Positions 1-13,306 of a stretch of DNA of 64,000 bases are shown here, in pieces. The DNA is from Escherichia phage vB_EcoM_G53. The first letter of the stretch is position 1. Every line of letters begins with the position of its first letter. The position numbers were made by a program, and so were the translations under genes. The notes under the pieces are model-generated. The model was not told the DNA's origin. It saw only the letters and a program-made list of their open reading frames with translations, and did no database searches. The stretch lies in sequence record MK327943.1; one strand, 5' to 3'.

Positions 1-2
1 AG

Positions 3-389
3 GTCAACAATCAGGAGCCCAAGGAAGGTGATTTAATATACTTCCCAATGGACAACAGTTTGTTTGAGATTAACTGGGTTGAACCATATGACCCATTCTA
101 TCAAGTAGGTAAAAATGCGATTCGTAAAATTACTGCAGGCAAGTTTATTTACTCTGGCGAAGAAATCAATCCGGTGCTTCAGAAAAATGAAGGTATCAAT
201 ATACCTGAATTTAGTGACTTGGAACTTAACCCTGTTAGAAATCTTGACGGTATCCATGACATTAATATCGATGAATATTCTGAAGTTGAGCAAATCAATT
301 CAGAGGCAAGTGAATACGTTGAGCCGTATGTAGTAGTTAACAACCGTGGTAGACAAAATTCACCGTTTGACGATGGGTTTATGAATTAA
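3..389 (+). CDS. 14: Neck protein gp14, C-terminal part (5' end upstream of window)
   Basis: Frame open from window edge to stop at 389; directly precedes gp15-gp16-gp17 in T4 order. Confidence 0.6.
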   Translation, partial: VNNQEPKEGDLIYFPMDNSLFEINWVEPYDPFYQVGKNAIRKITAGKFIYSGEEINPVLQKNEGINIPEFSDLELNPVRNLDGIHDINIDEYSEVEQINSEASEYVEPYVVVNNRGRQNSPFDDGFMN

Positions 390-438
390 TAAATAGATAA
401 GATAAAGCAAACACCGGTCGAAAGGCCGGTTAGGAGAA

Positions 439-1263
439 ATGATGTTTGGCTATTTTTACAACTCGTCGTTCAGGCGATATATCACAATGATGGGCGATTT
501 GTTTTCAAATATCCAAGTTAACCGTCAATTGTCTACAGGCAATAAATTAATTAGAGTTCCTATTACGTATGCATCTAAAGAGCACTTTATGATGAAACTT
601 AATAAATGGACCTCTATAAACTCACAAGAAGATGTGGCTAAAGTCGAAACTATTCTACCACGTATAAATCTCCAAATGGTAGATTTCGTTTATAACCCAA
701 CGTTTAAAACGAATATATTGAATAACTCTCTTTTGAGTAAATCGACTAAGGATATTGTAGACCAATACAACCCATCACCAATTAAAATGATTTTTGAACT
801 GAGCATCTTTACTCGTTATGAAGATGATATGTTCCAAATCGTTGAGCAAATTATTCCATATTTTCAGCCGCATTTTAATACGACTATGATTGAGCAATAT
901 GGGCAGGATATTCCATTTGAAAGGGATATTAAAGTCGTATGGATGGCAGCAGCAATGGATGAACAAATAGACGGTGATAATTTATCCCGTCGACGTTTAG
1001 AGTGGTCATTAACATTTGAAGTAAATGGATGGATGTATCCTCCGGTAGGCGCAGCCGAAGGCCTTATTAAAACGACTTATCTTGATTTTCATGCTAACGA
1101 ACGAGACCTTCAAACAGCCGCCAGTGTTTTTGAATCAGTTGATACAGAAATTAAACCGAGAGACGTTGAAGCACAAGATTGGAATGGTGAAGTTGAACAA
1201 ACTTATACTCATGATATTCCAATCCCGACTCCACCAACCCCTCCTGGTCCTAGAAAACAATAA
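439..1263 (+). CDS. 15: Tail sheath stabiliser / tail completion protein gp15
   Basis: 274 aa (T4 gp15 about 272); N-terminus MFGYFYNSSFRRY as in T4; synteny. Confidence 0.85.
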   Translation: MMFGYFYNSSFRRYITMMGDLFSNIQVNRQLSTGNKLIRVPITYASKEHFMMKLNKWTSINSQEDVAKVETILPRINLQMVDFVYNPTFKTNILNNSLLSKSTKDIVDQYNPSPIKMIFELSIFTRYEDDMFQIVEQIIPYFQPHFNTTMIEQYGQDIPFERDIKVVWMAAAMDEQIDGDNLSRRRLEWSLTFEVNGWMYPPVGAAEGLIKTTYLDFHANERDLQTAASVFESVDTEIKPRDVEAQDWNGEVEQTYTHDIPIPTPPTPPGPRKQ

Positions 1264-3589
<2,326 letters not shown>

Positions 3590-3616
3590 AAATAAAGCAA
3601 ATTAAGAGGAATTAAA

Positions 3617-5599
3617 ATGGCACTTCTCTCTCCGGGCGTTGAGCTCAAAGAAACTACCGTACAGAGTACTGTAGTTAATAACTCCACTGGTACTGCTGCC
3701 CTGGCTGGAAAATTCCAATGGGGACCTGCATTCCAGATTAAACAAATCACTGATGAAGTTGCATTGGTTGATATGTTTGGTACTCCTAATACGGATACAG
3801 CAGATTATTTCATGTCTGCTATGAACTTCCTTCAATATGGTAATGACCTTCGTGTTGTACGCGCAGTTGATCGTGATGCTGCTAAGAACTCATCTCCTGT
3901 AGCAGGCAATATTGAATTCACAATCTCTGCTGCTGGTAGTAACTATGCGGTCGGTGATAAAATTATCGTTAAGTATTTGACCGAAACTGTTGAAGCAGAT
4001 GGTTATGTCACTTCAGTTGATGTCGATGGTAAAATTCTTAACATTTATATCCCAACCGGTAAAATTATTGCTCGTGCAAAAGAAATTAATGAATATCCGG
4101 CATTGGGTTCTAACTGGACCGCCGAAGTTGCCAGTTCTTCTTCTGGTCTCTCTGGCGTTATTACAATTGGTTCTATCGTAACCGATTCGGGTATTCTGTT
4201 AACTGAAGTTGAAACTTCTGAAGAAGCTATTACTTCTCTAACTTTCCAAGAATCTATTAAAAAATATGGTGTCCCAGGCGTAGTTGCTCTTTATCCTGGT
4301 GAACTTGGCGACCAGCTCGAAATTGAAATCGTATCTAAAGCAGACTATGACAAAGGTGCTTCAGCCCAGTTAAAAATTTATCCTGATGGTGGTACTCGTG
4401 CATCTACTGCTAAAGCAATCTTTGGGTATGGCCCACAAACTGATGACCAATATGCAATTATCGTTCGTCGTAACGATGCTGTAGTTCAGAGCGTAGTTCT
4501 TTCTACTAAACGTGGTGAACGCGATATTTATGGTAGTAATATCTTTATTGATGATTTCTTTGCTAAAGGCGCAAGCAATTATATTTTCGCTACTGCACAA
4601 GGTTGGCCAAAAGGTTTCTCTGGCGTAATCAAACTGGGCGGCGGCTTATCATCTAATGAAACTGTTGACGCTGGTGATTTAATGGAAGCTTGGGATTTGT
4701 TTGCTGACCGTGAATCTGTTAATGCGCAGTTGTTTATTGCTGGTTCTTGTGCAGGTGAATCTTTAGAAGTTGCTTCTACAGTTCAGAAACATGTTGTAGC
4801 AATTGGTGATTCTCGCCAAGATTGTTTGGTTCTTTGCTCACCACCACGTGCAACTATAGTCGGTATTCCTGTTAATCGTGCAGTTGATAATCTGGTTGAT
4901 TGGCGTACTGCGTCAGGAACTTACACTGATAATAACTTTAATGTAAGTTCTACTTATGCTGCTATTGACGGTAACTATAAATATCAATATGACAAATATA
5001 ATGATGTGAATCGTTGGGTTCCATTAGCCGCTGATATCGCTGGTCTTTGTGCTCGCACAGACAATATTTCTCAGCCTTGGATGTCTCCAGCCGGTTATAA
5101 CCGTGGACAAATTCTTAACGTTATTAAGCTTGCAATTGAAACTCGCCAAGCGCAGCGTGATCGTTTGTACCAGGAAGCTATTAACCCTGTTACTGGTACC
5201 GGTGGTGATGGGTATGTTCTGTACGGTGATAAAACTGCCACTTCTGTTCCTTCGCCATTTGACCGTATTAACGTTCGTCGTTTGTTCAATATGGTTAAAA
5301 CGAACATTGGTTCAGCATCTAAATATCGCCTGTTTGAATTGAACAACGCATTTACCCGTTCTTCTTTCCGTACAGAGACTTCTCAATATCTACAGGGTAT
5401 TAAAGCTCTTGGTGGTGTATATAACTTTAAAGTTGTTTGTGATACCACCAATAACACCCCAGCAGTTATCGACCGTAATGAATTTGTAGCTACTTTCTAC
5501 TTACAACCTGCGAGATCGATAAATTATATTACGTTGAACTTTGTAGCAACAGCAACGGGTGCCGATTTCGACGAACTAATTGGTGCTGTAGGTGCCTAA
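3617..5599 (+). CDS. 18: Tail sheath protein gp18
   Basis: 660 aa (T4 659); synteny. Confidence 0.95.
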   Translation: MALLSPGVELKETTVQSTVVNNSTGTAALAGKFQWGPAFQIKQITDEVALVDMFGTPNTDTADYFMSAMNFLQYGNDLRVVRAVDRDAAKNSSPVAGNIEFTISAAGSNYAVGDKIIVKYLTETVEADGYVTSVDVDGKILNIYIPTGKIIARAKEINEYPALGSNWTAEVASSSSGLSGVITIGSIVTDSGILLTEVETSEEAITSLTFQESIKKYGVPGVVALYPGELGDQLEIEIVSKADYDKGASAQLKIYPDGGTRASTAKAIFGYGPQTDDQYAIIVRRNDAVVQSVVLSTKRGERDIYGSNIFIDDFFAKGASNYIFATAQGWPKGFSGVIKLGGGLSSNETVDAGDLMEAWDLFADRESVNAQLFIAGSCAGESLEVASTVQKHVVAIGDSRQDCLVLCSPPRATIVGIPVNRAVDNLVDWRTASGTYTDNNFNVSSTYAAIDGNYKYQYDKYNDVNRWVPLAADIAGLCARTDNISQPWMSPAGYNRGQILNVIKLAIETRQAQRDRLYQEAINPVTGTGGDGYVLYGDKTATSVPSPFDRINVRRLFNMVKTNIGSASKYRLFELNNAFTRSSFRTETSQYLQGIKALGGVYNFKVVCDTTNNTPAVIDRNEFVATFYLQPARSINYITLNFVATATGADFDELIGAVGA

Positions 5600-5612
5600 T
5601 AAGACGCCTGAT

Positions 5613-5639
5613 GGGCTATTTCGGTAGCCCATATAAATA
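5613..5639 (+). promoter_or_regulatory. Hairpin (gggcta-tttcgg-tagccc) followed by late promoter TATAAATA (5632-5639) upstream of gene 19
   Basis: Inverted repeat after gp18 stop; exact TATAAATA upstream of gp19. Confidence 0.5.
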
Positions 5640-5711
5640 TACTATATCGTTTAAAAATTAATTCTATGGGCATCCGGTTAATCCTAAGCCCATATTACTA
5701 CAGAGGCTAAT

Positions 5712-6203
5712 ATGTTTGTAGATGACGTAACTCGTGCCTTCGAATCTGGTGATTTCGCTCGCCCTAACCTGTTCGAAGTAGAAATCTCTTATCTTGGGCA
5801 AAACTTTAGCTTCCAGTGTCGTGCTACGGCTCTTCCTGCTGCGATTGTTGAAAAGGTTCCTGTTTCTTATATGAACCGTAAAATTAACGTGGCCGGTGAT
5901 CGTACATTCGATGATTGGACTATTACAGTAATGAACGATGATGCTCATAGCATTCGTCAGAAATTTGTTGATTGGCAAGGTATTGCAGCAGGACAAGGTA
6001 ATGAAATTACCGGTGGTAAACCTGCTGAATATAAAAAGTCTGCTATCGTTCGTCAATTTGCCCGTGATGCTAAAACGGTCACTAAAGAAGTTGAAATTGT
6101 CGGCTTGTGGCCTACTAACGTTGGCGAAGTATCTCTTGACTGGGACAGCAATAACGAGATTGAAACGTTCGAAGTAACTCTTGCTCTTGATTGGTGGGAA
6201 TAA
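5712..6203 (+). CDS. 19: Tail tube protein gp19
   Basis: 163 aa as T4 gp19; synteny. Confidence 0.9.
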   Translation: MFVDDVTRAFESGDFARPNLFEVEISYLGQNFSFQCRATALPAAIVEKVPVSYMNRKINVAGDRTFDDWTITVMNDDAHSIRQKFVDWQGIAAGQGNEITGGKPAEYKKSAIVRQFARDAKTVTKEVEIVGLWPTNVGEVSLDWDSNNEIETFEVTLALDWWE

Positions 6204-6251
6204 TCTGGTTGGGGAGAAATCCCCAGCTTCCCGTGATGACGGAGAAGTCCA

Positions 6252-6259
6252 TATAAATA
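6252..6259 (+). promoter_or_regulatory. Late promoter TATAAATA upstream of gene 20
   Basis: Exact TATAAATA 29 nt upstream of gp20 ATG. Confidence 0.5.
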
Positions 6260-6287
6260 TAACTATAATTCCCATTCGGAGAATACA

Positions 6288-7859
6288 ATGAAATTTAATA
6301 TCTTAAGTTTGTTTGCTCCATGGGCAAAAATGGACGAACGTGATTACAAAGACCAAGAAAAAGAAAATTTAGAATCTATCACCGCACCAAAATTGGACGA
6401 CGGCGCTAAAGAATACGAAGTATCTGAAAATGAAGCACAGCAAACATATAATGCTATGTTTCAGAGAATGTTCGGTAGTCAAGAACCAGGGCTCAAATCA
6501 ACCCGTGAATTAATCGATACGTATCGAAATTTGATGACGAACTATGAAGTGGATAATGCAGTCTCTGAAATAGTTTCTGATGCTATCGTATATGAAGATG
6601 ATACAGAAGTCGTTTCTATAAATTTAGACAACACAAAATTTAGTCCAAATATAAAATCAATGATGTTGGATGAATTTAACGAAGTGTTGAATCATTTATC
6701 TTTCCAACGTAAAGGTTCAGACCATTTTAGGCGTTGGTATGTAGATTCTCGAATTTTCTTCCATAAAATTATTGACCCTAAACGCCCTAAAGAAGGTATT
6801 AAAGAGCTTCGTCGTTTAGACCCACGCCAAGTTCAATATGTCCGTGAAGTTATTACAACCACTGAAGCCGGTGTTAAAATAGTCAAGGGTTATAAAGAAT
6901 ATTTCATTTATGACACATCACACGAATCTTATGCTTGTGATGGTCGCATATATGAAGCTGGCACAAAAATAAAAATCCCTAAAGCCGCGATTGTTTATGC
7001 CCATTCTGGTTTAGTTGATTGTTGTGGTAAAAATATCATTGGTTATTTGCATCGGGCTATTAAGCCGGCGAACCAATTAAAACTTCTTGAAGATGCCGTT
7101 GTAATTTATCGTATTACTCGTGCTCCAGATCGTCGTGTATGGTACGTTGATACAGGTAATATGCCTTCAAGAAAAGCAGCAGAACATATGCAACATGTTA
7201 TGAATACGATGAAAAACCGTATTGCATATGATGCTACTACAGGCAAGATTAAAAACCAGCAGCATATTATGTCGATGACCGAAGATTATTGGTTACAACG
7301 ACGTGATGGTAAAGCAGTAACAGAAGTTGATACATTACCAGGTGCAGATAATACTGGAAATATGGAAGATGTACGTTGGTTCCGTAATGCGCTTTATATG
7401 GCTTTACGTATTCCTATTACCCGTATTCCAAGTGACCAAGGTGGTATACAGTTTGATGCTGGTACTTCTATTACACGAGATGAATTGTCGTTTGGTAAAT
7501 TTATTCGTGAGCTGCAACATAAATTTGAAGAGATATTCCTAGACCCGCTTAAAACTAATTTAATTCTTAAAGGAATTATTACAGAAGATGAGTGGAATGA
7601 TGAAATAAATAATATTAAGATAAAATTTCATCGGGATAGTTATTTCTCGGAATTAAAGGATGCTGAGATTCTGGAGCGCCGCATTAATATGCTTCAGATG
7701 GCCGAACCATTTATTGGTAAATATATTTCTCACAGAACAGCTATGAAAGATATTCTTCAGATGTCTGACGAGGAAATTGAACAAGAGGCTAAGCAAATTG
7801 AAGAAGAGTCGAAAGAGGCTCGTTTCCAAGACCCCGACCAAGAACAAGAGGATTTTTAA
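6288..7859 (+). CDS. 20: Portal vertex protein gp20
   Basis: 523 aa (T4 524); synteny. Confidence 0.95.
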   Translation: MKFNILSLFAPWAKMDERDYKDQEKENLESITAPKLDDGAKEYEVSENEAQQTYNAMFQRMFGSQEPGLKSTRELIDTYRNLMTNYEVDNAVSEIVSDAIVYEDDTEVVSINLDNTKFSPNIKSMMLDEFNEVLNHLSFQRKGSDHFRRWYVDSRIFFHKIIDPKRPKEGIKELRRLDPRQVQYVREVITTTEAGVKIVKGYKEYFIYDTSHESYACDGRIYEAGTKIKIPKAAIVYAHSGLVDCCGKNIIGYLHRAIKPANQLKLLEDAVVIYRITRAPDRRVWYVDTGNMPSRKAAEHMQHVMNTMKNRIAYDATTGKIKNQQHIMSMTEDYWLQRRDGKAVTEVDTLPGADNTGNMEDVRWFRNALYMALRIPITRIPSDQGGIQFDAGTSITRDELSFGKFIRELQHKFEEIFLDPLKTNLILKGIITEDEWNDEINNIKIKFHRDSYFSELKDAEILERRINMLQMAEPFIGKYISHRTAMKDILQMSDEEIEQEAKQIEEESKEARFQDPDQEQEDF

Positions 7860-8095
7860 TGGACGATTTAATTCAAGCTATTAAATCAAACGACCTCGTT
7901 GCTACTCGAAAGTTTTTTGAAAGTGCAATGGCAGAAAAAACGGTTCGTTTGATTGAAGCACGCAAAGCAGAAATCGCTTCTCAATTTTTAATTGAAGGCG
8001 AAGAACCTGAAGAAGAAAAGAAAGCTAAAGCTTCGGAAGACGACGCTGATGAAGGCGATGACGACGAAGACGAAGATGATGAGGACGATGAATAA
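7859..8095 (+). CDS. 67: Prohead core protein gp67 (acidic C-terminus)
   Basis: 78 aa, poly-Asp/Glu tail; TAATG stop-start overlap with gp20; position. Confidence 0.7.
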   Translation: MDDLIQAIKSNDLVATRKFFESAMAEKTVRLIEARKAEIASQFLIEGEEPEEEKKAKASEDDADEGDDDEDEDDEDDE

Positions 8096-8520
8096 TGTAT
8101 CTTATCCCTGAATCTTATGAATTGGTACTCGAAAATGTCGAAGCACTTATTCCTGAAGCACAGGGCCGAATCGATGCATTGTCTTCTGCTCTCGATATTG
8201 ACGATATAAATACTATTATCGAGAACATGCTTGAAACTGAAACGGATTTAGCTGTTGCAATGGCTTCCATTATTAATGAAGAACAGTTAAATGAGTTTAT
8301 CGTTAAACATGTTTCTTCTCGTGGTGAAGTCACCCGCACTAAAGACCGTAAAACTCGTGAACGTAACGCGTTCCAAACCACTGGTCTTTCTAAAGCAAAA
8401 CGTAGACAAATCGCTCGTAAGGTCGTTAAAGCTAAAAAAGCTAACCCTTCAGGCCAAGTTAAAGGCTTGCGTAAGCGTAAAAAGGCTCTTAAACGTCGTA
8501 AAGCATTAGGATTAAGCTAA
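8095..8520 (+). CDS. 68: Prohead core protein gp68
   Basis: 141 aa as T4 gp68; basic C-terminus; position. Confidence 0.7.
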   Translation: MYLIPESYELVLENVEALIPEAQGRIDALSSALDIDDINTIIENMLETETDLAVAMASIINEEQLNEFIVKHVSSRGEVTRTKDRKTRERNAFQTTGLSKAKRRQIARKVVKAKKANPSGQVKGLRKRKKALKRRKALGLS

Positions 8521-9161
8521 TGAATAAACCCGAGTTACTTATTGAAACTTGGGGTCAACCCGGTGAGATTATTGATGGCGTTCCAATGTTGGAATCTCAT
8601 GATGGAAAAGATTCTGGCTTAAAACCAGGGCTTTATATAGAAGGTATTTTTCTTCAGGCAGAGGTTGTTAACCGAAATAAACGTTTATATCCTAAACGCG
8701 TTTTGGAAAAAGCAGTAAGTGACTATATTAAAGAACAAGTCGCAACCAAACAAGCCCTTGGAGAATTAAACCATCCACCTCGTGCAAATGTTGACCCTAT
8801 GCAAGCCGCTATCATTATTGAAGATATGTGGTGGAAAGGAAACGATGTATATGGACGTGCTAGAATTATTGAAGGCGACCATGGTCCCGGCGATAAATTA
8901 GCTGCTAATATACGAGCTGGTTGGATTCCAGGTGTTTCCTCTCGTGGTCTTGGTTCTTTAACCGACACCAATAAAGGGTACCGTATCGTGAACGAAGGAT
9001 TTAAATTAACCGTCGGCGTAGATGCCGTATGGGGACCTTCTGCTCCAGATGCTTGGGTTACTCCTAAACAAATATCAGAATCAGAAAATTCGGTGGAAAC
9101 CACCAAAAACAGTGCTGATGAAGCATTTAAAGCTCTCGCAGAGAGTTTAAAAACATTATAA
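8520..9161 (+). CDS. 21: Prohead core protease gp21
   Basis: 213 aa (T4 212); synteny. Confidence 0.9.
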   Translation: MNKPELLIETWGQPGEIIDGVPMLESHDGKDSGLKPGLYIEGIFLQAEVVNRNKRLYPKRVLEKAVSDYIKEQVATKQALGELNHPPRANVDPMQAAIIIEDMWWKGNDVYGRARIIEGDHGPGDKLAANIRAGWIPGVSSRGLGSLTDTNKGYRIVNEGFKLTVGVDAVWGPSAPDAWVTPKQISESENSVETTKNSADEAFKALAESLKTL

Positions 9162-9164
9162 ATA
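9157..9164 (+). promoter_or_regulatory. Late promoter TATAAATA upstream of gene 22
   Basis: Exact TATAAATA overlapping gp21 stop, 30 nt before gp22 ATG. Confidence 0.5.
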
Positions 9165-9194
9165 ATAATGTAATCTAAACCACAGGACACTAAA

Positions 9195-10007
9195 ATGATC
9201 AAAGAACAACTTTTGAAAGAAGCTCAGAACATCGAGACTTCAGTTGCTCTTAATAGTGTTTTCGAATCAGTAGAACTGTCTCCGGACGTTAAAGCTAATT
9301 TCAGCACTGTATTCGAAGCCACCGTTAAGCAGGAAGCAGTCAAACTGGCTGAATCTCATATCAAAGCCATCGCCGAAAAAGCCGAAGAAGAAGTTGAAAA
9401 GGCTAAAGAAGATGCTGAAGAGAAAGCTGATAAAAAATTGGCTGAACAAGCTTCTAAATTCCTAGACCATCTTGCAAAAGAATGGCTCGCAGAAAACCAA
9501 ATCGCAGTTGATAAAGGCATTAAAGCTGATTTGTTCGAATCCATGCTTGGTGGTCTGAAAGAACTGTTTGTTGAACATAACGTTGTTGTTCCAGAAGAAT
9601 CTGTAGATGTTGTAGCAGAAATGGAAGAAGAGCTGGCCGAACATAAAGAAGAAACCGCTCGTTTGTTCGAAGAAGTTACCAAACGTGATGCATATATCAA
9701 TTACGTTCAGCGTGAAACCGCTATTAATGAAAGCGTAAAAGACCTGACTGAATCTCAGAAAGAAAAAGTTATTGGCCTGGTTGAAGGTATGGATTATTCT
9801 GACGCATTTGGTACTAAGTTAACTGCTATTGTAGAAATGGTTAAAGGTTCTACTAAAGAAGAAGCCGCTATTACCGAAAGTATAAATACAGTTGACAATG
9901 ACGCTGCCGGTCTTAATTTTGTTGCCGAAGCAGTTGACACTACCACAACTCAGGTAGAACAGAATTCTAATGTAAGTTTATATGCGAAAGTCGCATCTCG
10001 TTTCTAA
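9195..10007 (+). CDS. 22: Prohead core scaffold protein gp22
   Basis: 270 aa, acidic coiled-coil-like; synteny. Confidence 0.85.
   Translation: MIKEQLLKEAQNIETSVALNSVFESVELSPDVKANFSTVFEATVKQEAVKLAESHIKAIAEKAEEEVEKAKEDAEEKADKKLAEQASKFLDHLAKEWLAENQIAVDKGIKADLFESMLGGLKELFVEHNVVVPEESVDVVAEMEEELAEHKEETARLFEEVTKRDAYINYVQRETAINESVKDLTESQKEKVIGLVEGMDYSDAFGTKLTAIVEMVKGSTKEEAAITESINTVDNDAAGLNFVAEAVDTTTTQVEQNSNVSLYAKVASRF
9881..9888 (+). promoter_or_regulatory. Candidate late promoter TATAAATA for gene 23, inside 3' end of gene 22
   Basis: Exact TATAAATA about 137 nt upstream of gp23 ATG; an 8-mer this short also occurs by chance. Confidence 0.35.
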
Positions 10008-10024
10008 TTTAAAGGTTAACACAA

Positions 10025-11593
10025 ATGACTACTATCAAAACTAAAGCTCAGCTCGTAGACAAATGGAAAGAACTGCTGGAAGGTGAAGGCCTGCCGGAAA
10101 TCGCTAATAGCAAGCAGGCTATTATCGCTAAAATCTTCGAAAACCAGGAAAAAGATTTCGAAGTATCCCCTGAATATAAAGACGAGAAAATCGCTCAGGC
10201 ATTTGGTTCTTTCTTGACCGAAGCTGAAATTGGTGGTGACCATGGTTATAATGCTCAGAACATCGCAGCAGGTCAAACCTCTGGTGCAGTAACCCAAATT
10301 GGGCCGGCAGTTATGGGTATGGTTCGTCGTGCTATTCCTAATCTGATCGCCTTTGATATTTGTGGTGTTCAGCCTATGAACAGCCCGACCGGTCAGGTAT
10401 TTGCTCTCCGTGCAGTATATGGTAAAGACCCTATCGCTGCTGGCGCTAAAGAAGCTTTCCATCCGATGTATGCCCCAGACGCGATGTTCTCTGGTCAGGG
10501 TGCTGCTAAGAAATTCCCAGCTCTGGCTGCTGACACTACTACTGTTGTAGGTGATATCTATACTCACTTCTTCCAAGAAACTGGTACTGTATATCTGCAA
10601 GCTTCTGCTATCGTAACACTTGATTCTGGTGCAACTGATGCAGCTAAATTAGATGCAGAAGTTAAGAAACAAATGGAAGCTGGTGCACTGGTAGAAATCG
10701 CTGAAGGTATGGCTACTTCTATCGCTGAACTCCAGGAAGGTTTCAACGGTTCTACCGATAACCCATGGAATGAAATGGGCTTCCGTATCGACAAACAAGT
10801 TATTGAAGCTAAATCTCGTCAGCTGAAAGCAGCTTACTCCATAGAATTGGCACAAGACCTCCGTGCAGTACACGGTATGGATGCTGATGCTGAACTGAGC
10901 GGTATTCTGGCTACAGAAATTATGCTAGAAATCAACCGTGAAGTTGTTGATTGGATTAACTACTCTGCACAGGTTGGTAAATCTGGTATGACCCTGACTC
11001 CGGGTTCTAAAGCTGGTGTATTTGACTTCCAGGACCCGATTGATATCCGTGGTGCTCGTTGGGCCGGTGAAAGCTTTAAATCTCTGTTGTTCCAGATTGA
11101 TAAAGAAGCAGTTGAAATTGCTCGTCAAACCGGTCGTGGTGAAGGTAACTTCATTATCGCTTCCCGTAACGTAGTTAACGTACTGGCTTCAGTTGATACT
11201 GGTATTTCTTACGCTGCACAGGGTCTGGCTTCTGGTTTTAATACCGACACTACTAAGTCTGTATTTGCCGGTGTACTTGGTGGTAAATACCGCGTATACA
11301 TCGACCAGTATGCTAAACAGGATTACTTCACCGTTGGTTACAAAGGCGCTAACGAAATGGATGCAGGTATTTACTATGCTCCTTACGTTGCACTTACCCC
11401 ACTGCGTGGTTCCGATCCTAAGAACTTCCAGCCGGTAATGGGCTTTAAAACTCGTTATGGTATCGGTGTTAACCCGTTTGCTGAAAGTTCCCTGCAGGCT
11501 CCAGGTGCTCGCATCCAGTCCGGTATGCCGTCTATCCTGAACAGCCTTGGTAAGAATGCTTACTTCCGCCGTGTATATGTAAAAGGCATCTAA
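10025..11593 (+). CDS. 23: Major capsid protein gp23
   Basis: 522 aa; near-identical over long stretches to T4 gp23 as recalled. Confidence 0.97.
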   Translation: MTTIKTKAQLVDKWKELLEGEGLPEIANSKQAIIAKIFENQEKDFEVSPEYKDEKIAQAFGSFLTEAEIGGDHGYNAQNIAAGQTSGAVTQIGPAVMGMVRRAIPNLIAFDICGVQPMNSPTGQVFALRAVYGKDPIAAGAKEAFHPMYAPDAMFSGQGAAKKFPALAADTTTVVGDIYTHFFQETGTVYLQASAIVTLDSGATDAAKLDAEVKKQMEAGALVEIAEGMATSIAELQEGFNGSTDNPWNEMGFRIDKQVIEAKSRQLKAAYSIELAQDLRAVHGMDADAELSGILATEIMLEINREVVDWINYSAQVGKSGMTLTPGSKAGVFDFQDPIDIRGARWAGESFKSLLFQIDKEAVEIARQTGRGEGNFIIASRNVVNVLASVDTGISYAAQGLASGFNTDTTKSVFAGVLGGKYRVYIDQYAKQDYFTVGYKGANEMDAGIYYAPYVALTPLRGSDPKNFQPVMGFKTRYGIGVNPFAESSLQAPGARIQSGMPSILNSLGKNAYFRRVYVKGI

Positions 11594-11617
11594 TCTTAAT
11601 TGATTAAATCTTATTTT

Positions 11618-11645
11618 GGGAGACTTCGGTCTCCCATTTTTGGTT
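11618..11645 (+). terminator. Intrinsic terminator: gggagac-UUCG-gtctccc hairpin plus T-tract, after gene 23
   Basis: Perfect 7-bp stem with UUCG tetraloop followed by TTTTTGGTTTT; the convergent minus ORF ends right beside it. Confidence 0.7.
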
Positions 11646-11915
11646 TTATTTCTGTGCAATTTCGATGTAAGTTTTCAAAATATTTTGCCAATTAGGCATA
11701 CCTTCTTGGACATATGCCGGAGAACCGTCTTTGTTTTTGAATGATGCAAGTTTATCAGTGGCCCAATAACCTTTAGCTCGAGCTTCAGAATCAACTTTCA
11801 TCCATACTTTGTTGAAGGCATTACCATTAACTTTTGCACCATATTTTTCTACTAACTTAACTGCTTCAGCTTCCAGAACTTTTAAAGTATCTCGTAAGAA
11901 ACGTGCTTTAGTCAT
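11646..11915 (-). CDS. Hypothetical 89-aa protein, antisense to the structural operon
   Basis: ORF with SD (aggag), its own upstream promoter motif and the shared hairpin downstream. Confidence 0.5.
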   Translation of the reverse strand: MTKARFLRDTLKVLEAEAVKLVEKYGAKVNGNAFNKVWMKVDSEARAKGYWATDKLASFKNKDGSPAYVQEGMPNWQNILKTYIEIAQK

Positions 11916-11945
11916 TTTGTTTACTCCTCTGTAGTTGATAAGTCT

Positions 11946-11974
11946 ATAGTATCACATACCAAATACGTTGTAAA
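11946..11974 (-). promoter_or_regulatory. Sigma70-type early promoter (TTTACA-N17-TACTAT) for ORF 11646-11915
   Basis: -35/-10 hexamers with 17-bp spacer about 30 nt upstream of the ATG. Confidence 0.55.
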
Positions 11975-11981
11975 CAATCTT

Positions 11982-11989
11982 TATAAATA
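11982..11989 (+). promoter_or_regulatory. Late promoter TATAAATA upstream of gene 24
   Basis: Exact TATAAATA 28 nt upstream of gp24 ATG. Confidence 0.5.
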
Positions 11990-12016
11990 ATCTATATCAC
12001 ATAAGGAAAAAATGCA

Positions 12017-13300
12017 ATGAGTAAAATCCAAAAATTATTGCGTGAATCTACAACGTCTACTAGCAACTCAATTGGTCGCCCAAATCTCGTTGCTTTGACT
12101 CGCGCTACGACTAAATTAATATATTCTGACATTGTAGCAACACAAAGAACTAATCAACCTGTTGCTGCTTTTTATGGTATCAAATATCTTAACCCGGATA
12201 ATGAATTCACATTTAAAACCGGTGCTACTTATGCTGGCGAAGTTGGATATGTAGACCGAGAAAAAATTACTGAACTCACAGAAGAATCAAAAGTCACACT
12301 AAATAAAGGTGATTTTTTCAAATATAATAATATCGTCTATAAAGTGTTAGAAGATACACCATTTGCAGATATTCAAGAAAGTGATCTAGAATTAGCTCTT
12401 CAGATTGCAGTCGTTCATTTAAAGGTACGGTTATTTTCAGATGCAGCGGTAACAAGCAAATTTGAAAGCTCTGATAGCGAAATTTCTGATGCAAGATTCC
12501 AGATTAATAAATGGCAAACTTCAGTCAAATCTCGCAAACTTAAAACTGGTCTCACGGTTGAATTAGCGCAAGATTTGGAAGCGAATGGATTTGATGCCCC
12601 TAACTTCTTAGAAGATTTGCTTGCTACTGAAATGGCTGATGAAATTAATAAAGATATTCTTCAGTCTTTAATTACTGTATCGAAACGTTATAAAGTTACT
12701 GGAATTACTGACACCGGATTTATTGACTTGAGCTATGCATCCGCTCCAGAAGCAGGTCGTTCATTATATCGAATGGTGTGTGAAATGGTATCACACATTC
12801 AAAAAGAGACAACTTATACTGCAACGTTTTGTGTAGCCTCAGCTCGTGCAGCTGCTATTCTTGCTGCTTCTGGTTGGTTAAAACATAAGCCAGAAGATGA
12901 CAAGTATCTTTCACAAAATGCTTATGGATTCTTGGCAAATGGATTACCTCTTTACTGCGATACCAACAGTCCGTTAGATTATGTTATTGTGGGTGTTGTA
13001 GAAAATATCGGCGAAAAAGAAATTGTAGGGTCCATCTTTTATGCTCCATACACTGAAGGAGTAGATTTAGATGACCCGGAACATGTCGGTGCATTTAAAG
13101 TTGTAGTTGATCCGGAAAGTTTGCAACCGTCTATCGGATTATTGGTTAGATATGCTTTATCAGCAAATCCTTACACAGTAGCAAAAGACGAAAAAGAAGC
13201 GAGAATAATTGATGGCGGGGACATGGATAAAATGGCGGGACGTTCAGATTTGTCTGTTTTATTAGGTGTTAAGCTACCAAAAATTATTGTTGATGAATAA
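12017..13300 (+). CDS. 24: Head vertex protein gp24
   Basis: 427 aa as T4 gp24; paralogous to gp23; synteny. Confidence 0.9.
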   Translation: MSKIQKLLRESTTSTSNSIGRPNLVALTRATTKLIYSDIVATQRTNQPVAAFYGIKYLNPDNEFTFKTGATYAGEVGYVDREKITELTEESKVTLNKGDFFKYNNIVYKVLEDTPFADIQESDLELALQIAVVHLKVRLFSDAAVTSKFESSDSEISDARFQINKWQTSVKSRKLKTGLTVELAQDLEANGFDAPNFLEDLLATEMADEINKDILQSLITVSKRYKVTGITDTGFIDLSYASAPEAGRSLYRMVCEMVSHIQKETTYTATFCVASARAAAILAASGWLKHKPEDDKYLSQNAYGFLANGLPLYCDTNSPLDYVIVGVVENIGEKEIVGSIFYAPYTEGVDLDDPEHVGAFKVVVDPESLQPSIGLLVRYALSANPYTVAKDEKEARIIDGGDMDKMAGRSDLSVLLGVKLPKIIVDE

Positions 13301-13306
13301 AACAAA

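Noticed and set aside
5664-6275. Long antisense ORFs opposite conserved structural genes (203 aa opposite gp19; also 10016-10600 and 11189-11659 opposite gp23, 8723-9202 opposite gp21)
   Set aside because: The sense-strand genes are clearly conserved T4 structural proteins; the antisense frames have no start context or recognisable features.
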